NCBI GenBank assembly: GCA_044361165.1
Contig: JBIKJE010000003.1
Span: 15,888-79,887, forward strand
Direction: 5' to 3'
DNA: 64,000 nucleotides
From: Crocinitomicaceae bacterium
GTDB lineage: Bacteria > Bacteroidota > Bacteroidia > Flavobacteriales_D > Crocinitomicaceae
Of this stretch, positions 40,385 through 48,856 are shown piece after piece. The notes under the pieces are model-generated. The model searched no databases. It saw only the letters and a list, made by a program, of their open reading frames with translations, and was not told the origin of the DNA. The translations under genes were made by a program, and so were the position numbers. The stretch's first letter is position 1. Each line of letters begins with the position of its first letter.

Positions 40385-41623
40385 TTATTCATTAACAATA
40401 CCGCTTTTTGGTTTGTTTGAAAATGGCTTTCTTTTCTTTTTGAAATTCTTTTTCTTTTTGAATCCTTCTGATTTGGTGGTGAATGCAGGTCCTTCTCCCA
40501 ATTCTTCCGGCAAAATCAATTTAGGAATTTCCGCCTCAATCAATTTTTCAATTCGAACCAATTTTGGCATGTCTTTTTCGTTCACCAAAGTGTATGCTTC
40601 GCCTTTGGTATTGGCTCTTGCCGTTCTACCAATCCTGTGAACATAATCTTCAGCATCACGTGGGCAATCATAGTTGATCACCATGTTGATTTCCTTGATG
40701 TCAATTCCGCGACTCATTACGTCCGTTGCAACCAAAATTCTCGTGCGTTTTGAACGAAATCCTCTCAATACTTCTTCGCGCTGGTCTTGGTCCAAATTGG
40801 ATGAAACTCCTTGGGATTTGAAACCATTTCTTCGCAATGCAGAAACAATTTCACTCACTTTAGATTTCGAAGAAGTGAATATTATAATGCTAGTATAATC
40901 TGGTCGTGAAAGCAAAATGTGCTTCAATAAATCGTTTTTTTGGTTGTCAAAAGCCAAATATACATTTTGAGAAACCCCTGCTGCCGGTTTAGAAATCGAT
41001 AGTGTGATTTGCTCAGGCTCTTTCAATATTTTTTCAGCCAAATTCCTGATTTTCGGTGGCATCGTTGCACTGAAAAGCAAAGTTTGTCTGTTTTTTGGAA
41101 GATATGAAATTATTTTTTCTAAATCATCAGTAAATCCCATGTCGAGCATTTTGTCTGCTTCATCTAAAACCAAATGTTTCACTTTTGAGAAATCGACATA
41201 GCCCATTTGTAAATGCGACAGTAATTTTCCAGGAGTTGCAACAATGATATCTGTGCCATCTTTCAATGCAGCTTTTTGGTCGTCCCAATCTTTTCCGCCG
41301 CCGCCGCCATAAATTGCTTTAGATCCAACGGAAACGAAATAAGATAAGCCTTGAATTTCTTGTTCGATTTGTATTGCCAATTCTCTTGTTGGCACAACCA
41401 CTAAGGTGTCAATCGATGAATCTGGTTTACCAGTCAATTTATGTAAAATCGGTAAAATAAAAGCCGCAGTTTTACCGGTACCAGTTTGTGCACAGGCAAT
41501 TAAATCGCGATTTTCTAAAATTTTTGGGATTGCTTGTTCTTGAATAGGAGTTGCATTTTCAAATCCCATGTGTTCTAATGCCTCTAACAAATTTTCGTTG
41601 AGGTTTAATTCTTTAAATGTCAT
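40385..41623 (-). CDS. DEAD-box ATP-dependent RNA helicase (RhlE-like)
   Basis: 412 aa with Q-motif FENATPIQ, AQTGTGKT, DEAD, SAT and HRIGRTAR, plus a basic C-terminal tail. Confidence 0.95.
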   Translation of the reverse strand: MTFKELNLNENLLEALEHMGFENATPIQEQAIPKILENRDLIACAQTGTGKTAAFILPILHKLTGKPDSSIDTLVVVPTRELAIQIEQEIQGLSYFVSVGSKAIYGGGGGKDWDDQKAALKDGTDIIVATPGKLLSHLQMGYVDFSKVKHLVLDEADKMLDMGFTDDLEKIISYLPKNRQTLLFSATMPPKIRNLAEKILKEPEQITLSISKPAAGVSQNVYLAFDNQKNDLLKHILLSRPDYTSIIIFTSSKSKVSEIVSALRRNGFKSQGVSSNLDQDQREEVLRGFRSKRTRILVATDVMSRGIDIKEINMVINYDCPRDAEDYVHRIGRTARANTKGEAYTLVNEKDMPKLVRIEKLIEAEIPKLILPEELGEGPAFTTKSEGFKKKKNFKKKRKPFSNKPKSGIVNE

Positions 41624-41723
41624 AATTGGCTGTTAAATTACAACAATTCTCTGTGATATTCAAATTTTGATGTTGTTACTATTCTAATATTGACTATTTT
41701 TGAATGTAAATAAATAACTTCCT

Positions 41724-42056
41724 ATGAAAAATATTAAAAGATTAGCGCTCGTTTCCTTTCTTGTTTCAGGATTCTTTTTTGGTTTGACTTCTTTCTCAAA
41801 TATTTCTAAAAACAATGAAATCGTTTTGAAAAAAGGGAATATTGAGTTTAAAATCGTCAACGATAACGGCAATGATTTTAAATATTGCGCCAATGGTGGA
41901 CACAACACAATTAGCAAAGGCACAACCAAATCAATGAGTTTTCCCGCTGGAACTGAAATTAAATATGTGGATGGTGGAAACTGTGGGCATACTTGGTTTA
42001 AAGTGACAAGCGAAATGAATGGTAAAACGTTCAAGATTTCTCAAATGGCGAGATAG
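41724..42056 (+). CDS. Small secreted hypothetical protein
   Basis: 110 aa with a signal-like N-terminus (MKNIKRLALVSFLVSGFFFG), followed by a terminator. Confidence 0.5.
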   Translation: MKNIKRLALVSFLVSGFFFGLTSFSNISKNNEIVLKKGNIEFKIVNDNGNDFKYCANGGHNTISKGTTKSMSFPAGTEIKYVDGGNCGHTWFKVTSEMNGKTFKISQMAR

Positions 42057-42077
42057 TCGTATCGAACTTTAATTTTG

Positions 42078-42109
42078 AAACCTGTTGTCTGTGGATTGCA
42101 GGTTTTTTT
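42078..42109 (+). terminator. Rho-independent terminator
   Basis: AAACCTG-loop-CAGGTTT followed by a T-run. Confidence 0.6.
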
Positions 42110-42174
42110 ATGCCTAATATTACTGTTTGGTTGAAATTCAAAACGCATCAAACAGAAATCCTTATCTTTGTGTC

Positions 42175-42975
42175 ATGGAATACAAAAAGAATCCCGGTTT
42201 TGGAAGAAAAGATTTCAAGCCAAATCCACGCGAAAAAGAAAACAACGACATCATTTTTGGTGTACGTGCAGTCATTGAAGCCATTCGTGCTGGAAGGGAA
42301 ATCAATAAATTAATGATTCAAAAAGGAATGTCGAAAGACTTGTTTTTTGAATTGAAAGCAGAAACAGCAGATAAAAATTACTTTATCCAATTTGTTCCTG
42401 TTGAACGATTAGATAAAATTACAGATCAAAATCACCAAGGTGTTATAGCTTATATCGCACCTTTGGCTTACCATAATTTGAATGAAATGGTTGATAAAGC
42501 AGTGGAAAACGGCGAAAAACCATGTTTCTTGTTTTTAGATCGTTTGACAGATGTTAGAAATTTCGGAGGAATAGCTCGTACAGCTGAATGTCAAGGTGTT
42601 ACTGCAATTGTAATTCCTTCTCGTGGTTCTGTCCAAGTTACCGCCGATGCAATCAAAACTTCTGCTGGTGCATTGAACCGAATTCCTGTATGTAAAACGG
42701 ATAATTTGAAAGAAAGCTTGTTCTATTTGCAACAAAGTGGAATCAGAATTGTGGCTTGTACCGAGAAAACGGCTGTTCCTTTATATGAAGTGAATTTGCG
42801 CGGCGGTGTGGCCATTGTGATGGGTTCTGAAGAGGATGGAATCACCAACGATATTTTGAATATGTGTGACATCAAAGCAAAAATTCCAATGAAAGGAACA
42901 ATTTCTTCTTTGAATGTTGGTGTTGCGACAGGAATGATATTATACGAGCGTACAAGGCAAGAATTATATGGTTAG
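42175..42975 (+). CDS. rlmB: 23S rRNA (guanosine-2'-O)-methyltransferase RlmB (SpoU/TrmH family)
   Basis: The ORF is open from TTG at 42127, but ATG at 42175 (MEYKKNPGF..) is the more likely start. The SpoU_sub_bind-like N-terminus is IFGVRAVIEAIRAG and the C-terminal motifs are IVMGSEEDGI and LNVGVATGMILYE. Confidence 0.88.
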   Translation: MEYKKNPGFGRKDFKPNPREKENNDIIFGVRAVIEAIRAGREINKLMIQKGMSKDLFFELKAETADKNYFIQFVPVERLDKITDQNHQGVIAYIAPLAYHNLNEMVDKAVENGEKPCFLFLDRLTDVRNFGGIARTAECQGVTAIVIPSRGSVQVTADAIKTSAGALNRIPVCKTDNLKESLFYLQQSGIRIVACTEKTAVPLYEVNLRGGVAIVMGSEEDGITNDILNMCDIKAKIPMKGTISSLNVGVATGMILYERTRQELYG

Positions 42976-44821
42976 AAACGAAAATCAATCTTTTTGGAAA
43001 CAACACGGAATGTTTATTTCTTTGTTGTTCATTGGATTGATTTTTAGATTTTCTTTCATGTATCACCAAGGTTTGTCGAATGATGAACTGAGCGGGTGGG
43101 TGCGAACTCAATTTTCAGATTGGAATTCATTTTGGCATTTTGGAGTCAAAGCAGGGGATATGCATCCTGTTTTTTATCAAGCTTTTTTGTGGGTTTGGGT
43201 GCGCATTTTTGGCGACTCAGAATGGGCGTTACGTAGCACAAGTATTTTCTTTTACCTGCTCAATTCTTGGATGATTTATCAAATTTGCAGGCGATTTTTC
43301 TCGAAGCAAATTGGTTTGGCAGTGGTCGCTTTGTATGTTGGTTTGACTTTCACGATTATCCACACCGTTTTTGCTAGACCCTACAATTCAGGTACTTTTT
43401 TCTTATTACTCGCCGTTTGGTCGATTTTTGAAATCGAACGCAGGGAAAAATCATTTTCGTTTTGGTTTGTTGGATTGAGCATCGGTTTTCTAGGCGCGAT
43501 GTTATCACATTACTACGCTTTTATTACAGCTTCCATCATTGGATTGTGTGCACTTTTCTACGTTTCAAAACCCAATATCAAAGTGATTTTGATTTGCGGA
43601 ATTGCCAGTATTTTAGCCTTTTTACCACATTGGCCAATAACGGCATTTCAACTAAATCAAGGTGGTTTGCGTTGGCTCTCACCGCCAAAATGGAATTGGT
43701 TGTTTGATTTTGGCTACCAGTTTTTTAATTTTTCGTGGATTTTGTTCGCCTTTTTTGTTGGAATCATTGTCTATTCTTTCCTCAAAGCAGAACATTTCAA
43801 AAGCAAAGAAGAAAGATTTGTTCTCCGGGTTTTTCTGCTGACTTATTTACTTGGACATTTGATTTCAGTATTTTACACGCCCGTTCTGCGAGAATTAGTG
43901 ATGCTATACAGTTTGCCTTTTCTATTCATCTATTTGTTCCGTGGTTTTCATTTTTATTCAGGAAAAGCGTTCAATTGGGCACTTTTGATTTTTCCAATTT
44001 TGATCGGCTTGCAAAGTATTTTCGTTTCAAAATTATTGGAACCGAAAAATTTTGGTGTTTTTAGAGAAATTGGTCAATCAGTGAATCAATCGGACCAAAA
44101 ATTGGGAAGAGAAAACATGGATTTTGCTTCGAATTTCAACAGCATAACTTACTTGAACTATTATTGCAATATTCCGATAAAGGAACCGATTATCGATTGG
44201 ACAAATCCCGAAGTGGTTTATCAATTGGCGGATCGAGCCAAAAATTCTTCGAAGGATTATTTTGTTTACAACTGGAGCAATAATTTTCATTTGCCGATGT
44301 ATTACGAGGTTTTGCGCAATCATTTCCCGTATGTATATAAACATCAGGTTTTCTTCAACAGTGCAGTAACGATTTTAAGTAAAAAGAAAACGGTTTTCAA
44401 ATCAATGCAAAAACATAAGTTGACAACGAAATTTGAAAATATTTTTCAGTCAGGTGTCGTTTCAAATGAAGAATTTATTGGAGCGATTATCATTCCTGCG
44501 AAAACTTTAAAAGATTGCTCAAGTACCGAGTATTTTACTGTCGAAGCAAAAGGAAAACTTTCCAATGCAAGTCCGTTATTTTTAGTTGTCACTCTAGAGC
44601 GTGACGGAGAAATGTTGATGTCTGGAGAAAATGCCGTTTTGTATGCTGCATACGACCAAGCACGGTTGTTGGACACAGCGAAAAATGTGAAGTTCTTCAA
44701 TGCTTTTTCCTTGCCAGAGAATGTCTTGGATACCGATGTAATTCACATCTACTTTTGGAATCCGGAGAAGAAAAAGGTTGAAATCAATAGACCTAAAGTG
44801 TTCCAAGTGACAATAAATTGA
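42968..44821 (+). CDS. GT-C fold membrane glycosyltransferase-like protein (ArnT/PMT, family 39/83-like) with C-terminal soluble domain
   Basis: 617 aa with about 10 N-terminal TM segments. The N-terminal loop (GDSEWALRSTSIFFYLLNSWMIY) resembles PMT_2-type proteins. It overlaps the rlmB stop by 8 nt. Confidence 0.5.
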   Translation: MVRNENQSFWKQHGMFISLLFIGLIFRFSFMYHQGLSNDELSGWVRTQFSDWNSFWHFGVKAGDMHPVFYQAFLWVWVRIFGDSEWALRSTSIFFYLLNSWMIYQICRRFFSKQIGLAVVALYVGLTFTIIHTVFARPYNSGTFFLLLAVWSIFEIERREKSFSFWFVGLSIGFLGAMLSHYYAFITASIIGLCALFYVSKPNIKVILICGIASILAFLPHWPITAFQLNQGGLRWLSPPKWNWLFDFGYQFFNFSWILFAFFVGIIVYSFLKAEHFKSKEERFVLRVFLLTYLLGHLISVFYTPVLRELVMLYSLPFLFIYLFRGFHFYSGKAFNWALLIFPILIGLQSIFVSKLLEPKNFGVFREIGQSVNQSDQKLGRENMDFASNFNSITYLNYYCNIPIKEPIIDWTNPEVVYQLADRAKNSSKDYFVYNWSNNFHLPMYYEVLRNHFPYVYKHQVFFNSAVTILSKKKTVFKSMQKHKLTTKFENIFQSGVVSNEEFIGAIIIPAKTLKDCSSTEYFTVEAKGKLSNASPLFLVVTLERDGEMLMSGENAVLYAAYDQARLLDTAKNVKFFNAFSLPENVLDTDVIHIYFWNPEKKKVEINRPKVFQVTIN

Positions 44822-44822
44822 A

Positions 44823-45533
44823 CTATTTTCCAATCATCGTCAACAACAAAGGCAATTCATTCAAATTTTGAATCTTAGGTTCACCGTTCGTTTTGGAATA
44901 TTGATTTTCAGGATCGAATAAAATCGCTTGCATGCCAACTTGCATCGCGCCAAAAATGTCCACTTCGCGGTCGTCGCCGATCATAAAACTTTCTGTAGAA
45001 TTGGTTTGTGCCTTCAGCATCGCATATTGAAAAACACGCGGATCAGGTTTGTTGAAACCTACAGCTTCTGAACAAACAATGACATCGAAAAACGGCGCCA
45101 ATTTAGAATGTTCCAGCTTGATGTATTGCACTTCTTCAAATCCGTTTGTGATGATGTGCATGTTGTATTTCATGCGCTTTAATTCTTCCAATGTTTCCAA
45201 TGTTTCTGGAAATAAATTGGTTTGTTTAGGTGAAATTTCGATGTAACCGTTACTCAAGGTTGTTGCAAGTTCTATATCGTGTATTTCGTGGTATTTCAAT
45301 GTTTCGATAAACCGCGCATCGCGCAATTCCTCTTTTTTGAGTTTTCCTTTGCCATACAATTTCCAAAGTTCCGCATTGATGCGCGTGTAAGTATGGTGAA
45401 AGTGATTAAAATGTTCAATTTTATCATCTAATTTCAAGTCCTTGAATAAAATTTGAAGCGCTCTTTTGGAGTTTTTTTCAAAATCCCAAAGCGTCCGATC
45501 GAGATCAAAGAAAAGGTGTTTTTTGGCAGACAT
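44823..45533 (-). CDS. HAD-superfamily hydrolase (YjjG-like nucleotidase subfamily)
   Basis: 236 aa with motif I FFDLDRTLWDF and later ITNG and IGDD motifs. Confidence 0.8.
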   Translation of the reverse strand: MSAKKHLFFDLDRTLWDFEKNSKRALQILFKDLKLDDKIEHFNHFHHTYTRINAELWKLYGKGKLKKEELRDARFIETLKYHEIHDIELATTLSNGYIEISPKQTNLFPETLETLEELKRMKYNMHIITNGFEEVQYIKLEHSKLAPFFDVIVCSEAVGFNKPDPRVFQYAMLKAQTNSTESFMIGDDREVDIFGAMQVGMQAILFDPENQYSKTNGEPKIQNLNELPLLLTMIGK

Positions 45534-45539
45534 GAAAAT

Positions 45540-46019
45540 TTAGAAAAGCGATTTAGCGAAATAAGCCAAACTGGTTGTGATTAAACCTGTTGTGCAAATC
45601 CCAAGTAAAATCAAAGGGAAAGTCTTTTTTTCTTTGCCGTAAAATTTGGCTGTAACAATTGAACCTAAAGGCACAGAAAGAATAAACGGTGCAAACATCG
45701 AAATGCCATAAATGCCAAATCTGCGTTTTAGAATCACAATTAACTTGTTGAATCTCGTAAATTTTCGTTTGTATTTCAATTCAATACCTGTTTCCAGCGC
45801 TTTTCTGATTTTTTCTTTTCTCGCTTGGTGAGCGCGCTTCAAGAAAAATTCGCTTGAGAAATAGAAGATAAACGCTGCTAAAAATGCACCAGCAACGCAA
45901 GATAAATAGGTTTCAAAGAAGCTTAATTTCAAATTCGGACCCACGAAAGGAGCGAACATGAATTTAATCATGGAAAAACTGAAAAGCGAGAAATAGAGGT
46001 GCCACTGCATAATTAACAT
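45540..46019 (-). CDS. Small membrane protein, function unknown
   Basis: 159 aa with about 4 TM segments and a basic central loop. It overlaps the upp stop by 7 nt. Confidence 0.55.
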   Translation of the reverse strand: MLIMQWHLYFSLFSFSMIKFMFAPFVGPNLKLSFFETYLSCVAGAFLAAFIFYFSSEFFLKRAHQARKEKIRKALETGIELKYKRKFTRFNKLIVILKRRFGIYGISMFAPFILSVPLGSIVTAKFYGKEKKTFPLILLGICTTGLITTSLAYFAKSLF

Positions 46020-46660
46020 TTTACACCATAAGCCAAATCACCTGCATCTCCCAAACCAGGGACAATGTATGATTGAGCAGTTAATTCTGTATCGATTGCG
46101 CCCACATAAATTTGAACTGTTTCGGGCAAATGTTTGCGAATGTAATCCAAGGCTTCGGGCGCCGCAATGGCAGAAACGATATACACATGTGCAGGTTTTC
46201 CTTGTTTGAGTAAAGCTTTATAAACCATAACCATCGAACTTCCCGTGGCCAACATTGGATCAGAAATAACAACCGTTTTGTTGTCAATTAATGGAGAAGC
46301 CATATACTCTACATGTATTTCGAAATCTTCCGCAGTAGAATGTTTTCTGTATGCCGACACAAATGCGCTTTCTGCCTTGTCGAAATAATTCAATAAACCT
46401 TGGTGCATTGGTAAACCAGCTCTTAAAATGGTCGCTAAAACAGGTTGAGATTTGAGTAAGTGTGCATCTGCTTCACCCAAAGGTGTCGTGACTTTTTGCG
46501 CAGTGAAATCCATCGTTTTGGAAATCTCATACGCCATGATTTCAGCCATGCGTTCCAAATTTCTTCTGAATCGCATCGGATCTTTTTGAATTTGAACATC
46601 TCTTAATTCTGCTAAAAAAGTCCCAAAAATGGATTGCGTATTACTCAAATTGTGAATCAT
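46013..46660 (-). CDS. upp: Uracil phosphoribosyltransferase
   Basis: 215 aa with the PRPP motif VVISDPMLATGSS and C-terminal YIVPGLGDAGDLAYG. Confidence 0.95.
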   Translation of the reverse strand: MIHNLSNTQSIFGTFLAELRDVQIQKDPMRFRRNLERMAEIMAYEISKTMDFTAQKVTTPLGEADAHLLKSQPVLATILRAGLPMHQGLLNYFDKAESAFVSAYRKHSTAEDFEIHVEYMASPLIDNKTVVISDPMLATGSSMVMVYKALLKQGKPAHVYIVSAIAAPEALDYIRKHLPETVQIYVGAIDTELTAQSYIVPGLGDAGDLAYGVKC

Positions 46661-46731
46661 GACTTGCGGTTTGGGTTAAAGATACTTTATTTTTCAAAAA
46701 AATGGAATTAGAATGGGATAAAATTTGTGAA

Positions 46732-46764
46732 AAGTCTTAAATCAAAGGTTTTGATTTAAGACTT
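46732..46764. repeat. Perfect 15-bp inverted repeat with 3-nt loop
   Basis: AAGTCTTAAATCAAA-ggt-TTTGATTTAAGACTT, ending 7 nt to the left of direct repeat A. Confidence 0.9.
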
Positions 46765-46770
46765 TAACCG

Positions 46771-46858
46771 TTCACCAATAATATTTTTATATTTGTTGGA
46801 AAGTGAAGTTCAATTTCATTCAAAAAACAACTCAAAATAAATGCTCAAAATCAGCTAG
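46771..46858 (+). repeat. Direct repeat A: a decayed copy of the promoter and first 8 codons of the gene at 48922
   Basis: About 87% identical to 48857-48943. It includes ATAATATTTTTATATTTGTT and GAAGTTCAATTTCATTCAAAAAA. The ATG GAT of the right copy reads ATA AAT here. Confidence 0.85.
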
Positions 46859-46897
46859 TTCATAAATCGGATTTGATTTCCATTTTTCTCTATTTTT

Positions 46898-46995
46898 TAT
46901 ACCCGTAAACGCCTATTTTACTAAATTTGAATAAAATTATACCCGTTCGGTTTTATTTTAGTAATATTTTATATATTTGTACCCGTTAAGGTATA
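46898..46995 (+). promoter_or_regulatory. Three T(A/G)TACCCGT boxes phased exactly 40 bp apart, plus a TATATTTG -7 box, upstream of the HTH gene
   Basis: Boxes lie at 46898-46906, 46938-46946 and 46978-46986. The first two extend to TTATACCCGT-N7-TATTTTA. The third forms TACC-N6-GGTA dyad symmetry. The -7-like TATATTTG is at 46972-46979. Confidence 0.5.
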
Positions 46996-47001
46996 GAAAG
47001 C

Positions 47002-47433
47002 ATGAATAATCTGTCGTCGTTTTTAAAATATTACCGTAAAAAAGCAGGACTTACGCAGGAAGAACTTTCAATAAAAGCGGGAGTGGGAATACGTTTTATC
47101 CGAGAACTTGAGCAAGGAAAAAAAACAGTACAACTAGACAAAGTGGATCAAGTACTCAAATTGTTTGGATTTGAGTTAATTCCGGGGAAACAGCAATTGG
47201 ATCCTTATGATATTTTTTGGAATTATTTGGACAGACCCGTGAAGATTACTTTGAAAAACAGGGAAATCAAATTTGGAATTATTACCAAAGAAATAATAGA
47301 TAACACTGAAGGGAAAATTACAGCTTGGCAATTTGTTTCAAACACGAATGCGATGAAATACTTGCAAAAAATCAATGAAGAAAATCATGAAATAATTTTT
47401 CAAAATGATATTCAAGAAATTGATAATCAGTAA
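47002..47433 (+). CDS. hipB: XRE-family HTH protein, HipB-like, with ~75-aa C-terminal extension
   Basis: 143 aa. The HTH is YRKKAGLTQEELSIKAGVGIRFIRELEQGKKTVQLDKVDQVLKLFGFEL. It is the first gene of the three-gene module. Confidence 0.7.
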   Translation: MNNLSSFLKYYRKKAGLTQEELSIKAGVGIRFIRELEQGKKTVQLDKVDQVLKLFGFELIPGKQQLDPYDIFWNYLDRPVKITLKNREIKFGIITKEIIDNTEGKITAWQFVSNTNAMKYLQKINEENHEIIFQNDIQEIDNQ

Positions 47434-47441
47434 TTTTAGAA

Positions 47442-47765
47442 ATGATGAAAATAGGTCTTGTACATAAAAAAGAGTTGTTGGCAGGTAAGATTTGGGAGAA
47501 TGAGGAAGGATATTTTTTTCAATATGAGCGAGAATATTTGGAAAATCCCAAATATGGTCCTGTGAGTAAAACTTTGCCCTTAAGAGAAGCATTTTATACT
47601 GATAAAAATATGATTCCTTTTTTTGATGGATTGATTCCTGAAGGCTGGTTGTTGCAAATTGCAATTGACAATTGGAAACTCAATGCAAGAGATAGAATGG
47701 GTTTATTATTAACATTATGCCGAGATTGTATTGGAGACATAAGCATTACAAATGAAATAGAATGA
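47442..47765 (+). CDS. hipS: HipA N-terminal-subdomain protein (HipS-like putative antitoxin)
   Basis: 107 aa with couple_hipA-type motifs (GKIWENEEGYFFQYEREY, IPFFDGLIPEGWL). Its stop overlaps the next start (ATGA). Confidence 0.7.
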   Translation: MMKIGLVHKKELLAGKIWENEEGYFFQYEREYLENPKYGPVSKTLPLREAFYTDKNMIPFFDGLIPEGWLLQIAIDNWKLNARDRMGLLLTLCRDCIGDISITNEIE

Positions 47766-48697
47766 ATTGTTTGATCTGTTATAAAGAACTTTCCGCTGAT
47801 GAGAATGATTATCATTCGAAATGCGTTTACACTGCATTCGGCATGAGAGAAATGCCTTCAATTGAAATTGATGAAAATAAACTCTCAAAATATGCAAAAG
47901 AAATTATAAGTGCTAACACAGCGATTACTGGAGTTCAACCAAAATTGAGTTTGTGGTTAGAAGAAAGCAAAAAAAATGTAAGATTTACAATTATTGACAA
48001 CAAGAGTAATTACATCATTAAGCCACAGAGTGATACTTTTGCTTCTTTACCTGAAAACGAAGATTTATGTATGCATTTAGCCAATCAATTTGGAATAGAA
48101 ACTGCAAAACACGGATTGGTGCGTTTACCAAGTGACAAACTTGCCTATTTAACAAAAAGATTTGAGCGTCTGGGAGACAAAAAACTAGCATGCGAAGATT
48201 TATGCCAACTCACAGAGACACTCACAGAGCACAAATATCGGGGGAGTTATGAAAAAACTGGAAAAGTTATTCAGCAGTATTCGACCCAATCTGGATTAGA
48301 TTCTATCAAATTTTTTGAAACAATCGTTTTTTGCTTTATCATCGGCAATGCAGACATGCATTTGAAGAATTTTTCAATGCTGGAAAGAAACGATGGTCAA
48401 TTTTCATTGAGTCCAGTGTATGATTTAGTAAGCACTTACTTAGTGATTAGTAGCGAGCCTGAACAAATGAGCTTGACATTAAATGGAAGAAAAAACAAAC
48501 TTGTAAAAAACGATTTTGATATTTTAGGTAAAAGTTTAAACTTGAATGAAAAGCAAATTATAAATACCTATCAAACATTTTCTAAAAATATAGACAAGGC
48601 TTTTTGGTGGATTAAAAATAGTTTTCTCTCAGACAATCAGAAAGATAGGTTAATCAAATTAGTCACACATCGAGTTTCTTTATTAATTGCGTACTAA
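47762..48697 (+). CDS. hipT: HipA-C-type Ser/Thr kinase lacking the N-subdomain (HipT-like putative toxin)
   Basis: 311 aa with Gly-rich loop AITGVQPKLSL, catalytic loop IGNADMHLKNFS and metal-binding PVYDLVS. Confidence 0.75.
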   Translation: MNCLICYKELSADENDYHSKCVYTAFGMREMPSIEIDENKLSKYAKEIISANTAITGVQPKLSLWLEESKKNVRFTIIDNKSNYIIKPQSDTFASLPENEDLCMHLANQFGIETAKHGLVRLPSDKLAYLTKRFERLGDKKLACEDLCQLTETLTEHKYRGSYEKTGKVIQQYSTQSGLDSIKFFETIVFCFIIGNADMHLKNFSMLERNDGQFSLSPVYDLVSTYLVISSEPEQMSLTLNGRKNKLVKNDFDILGKSLNLNEKQIINTYQTFSKNIDKAFWWIKNSFLSDNQKDRLIKLVTHRVSLLIAY

Positions 48698-48856
48698 TGA
48701 TTCTTATTCGATAAACTCCAGCGGAAAAGAGAGAAGTCTCATTCCGGAAAAATCTTAGAATTTGCTTTCCAGTTCTCTTTAAAGAAGAAAAGCTAGAGCC
48801 ATTTTGTACTTGCGAAAACAAATCTGCACCCAGACGCTTCAATATCCATTCACCAT

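Noticed and set aside
41684-42034. 116-aa minus-strand ORF overlapping the 110-aa plus-strand ORF
   Set aside because: The plus-strand frame has a clear signal peptide, a sensible start and a downstream terminator. The minus-strand product is Pro/Leu-rich with no supporting features. Only one of the two can be real, and I kept the plus-strand gene at modest confidence.
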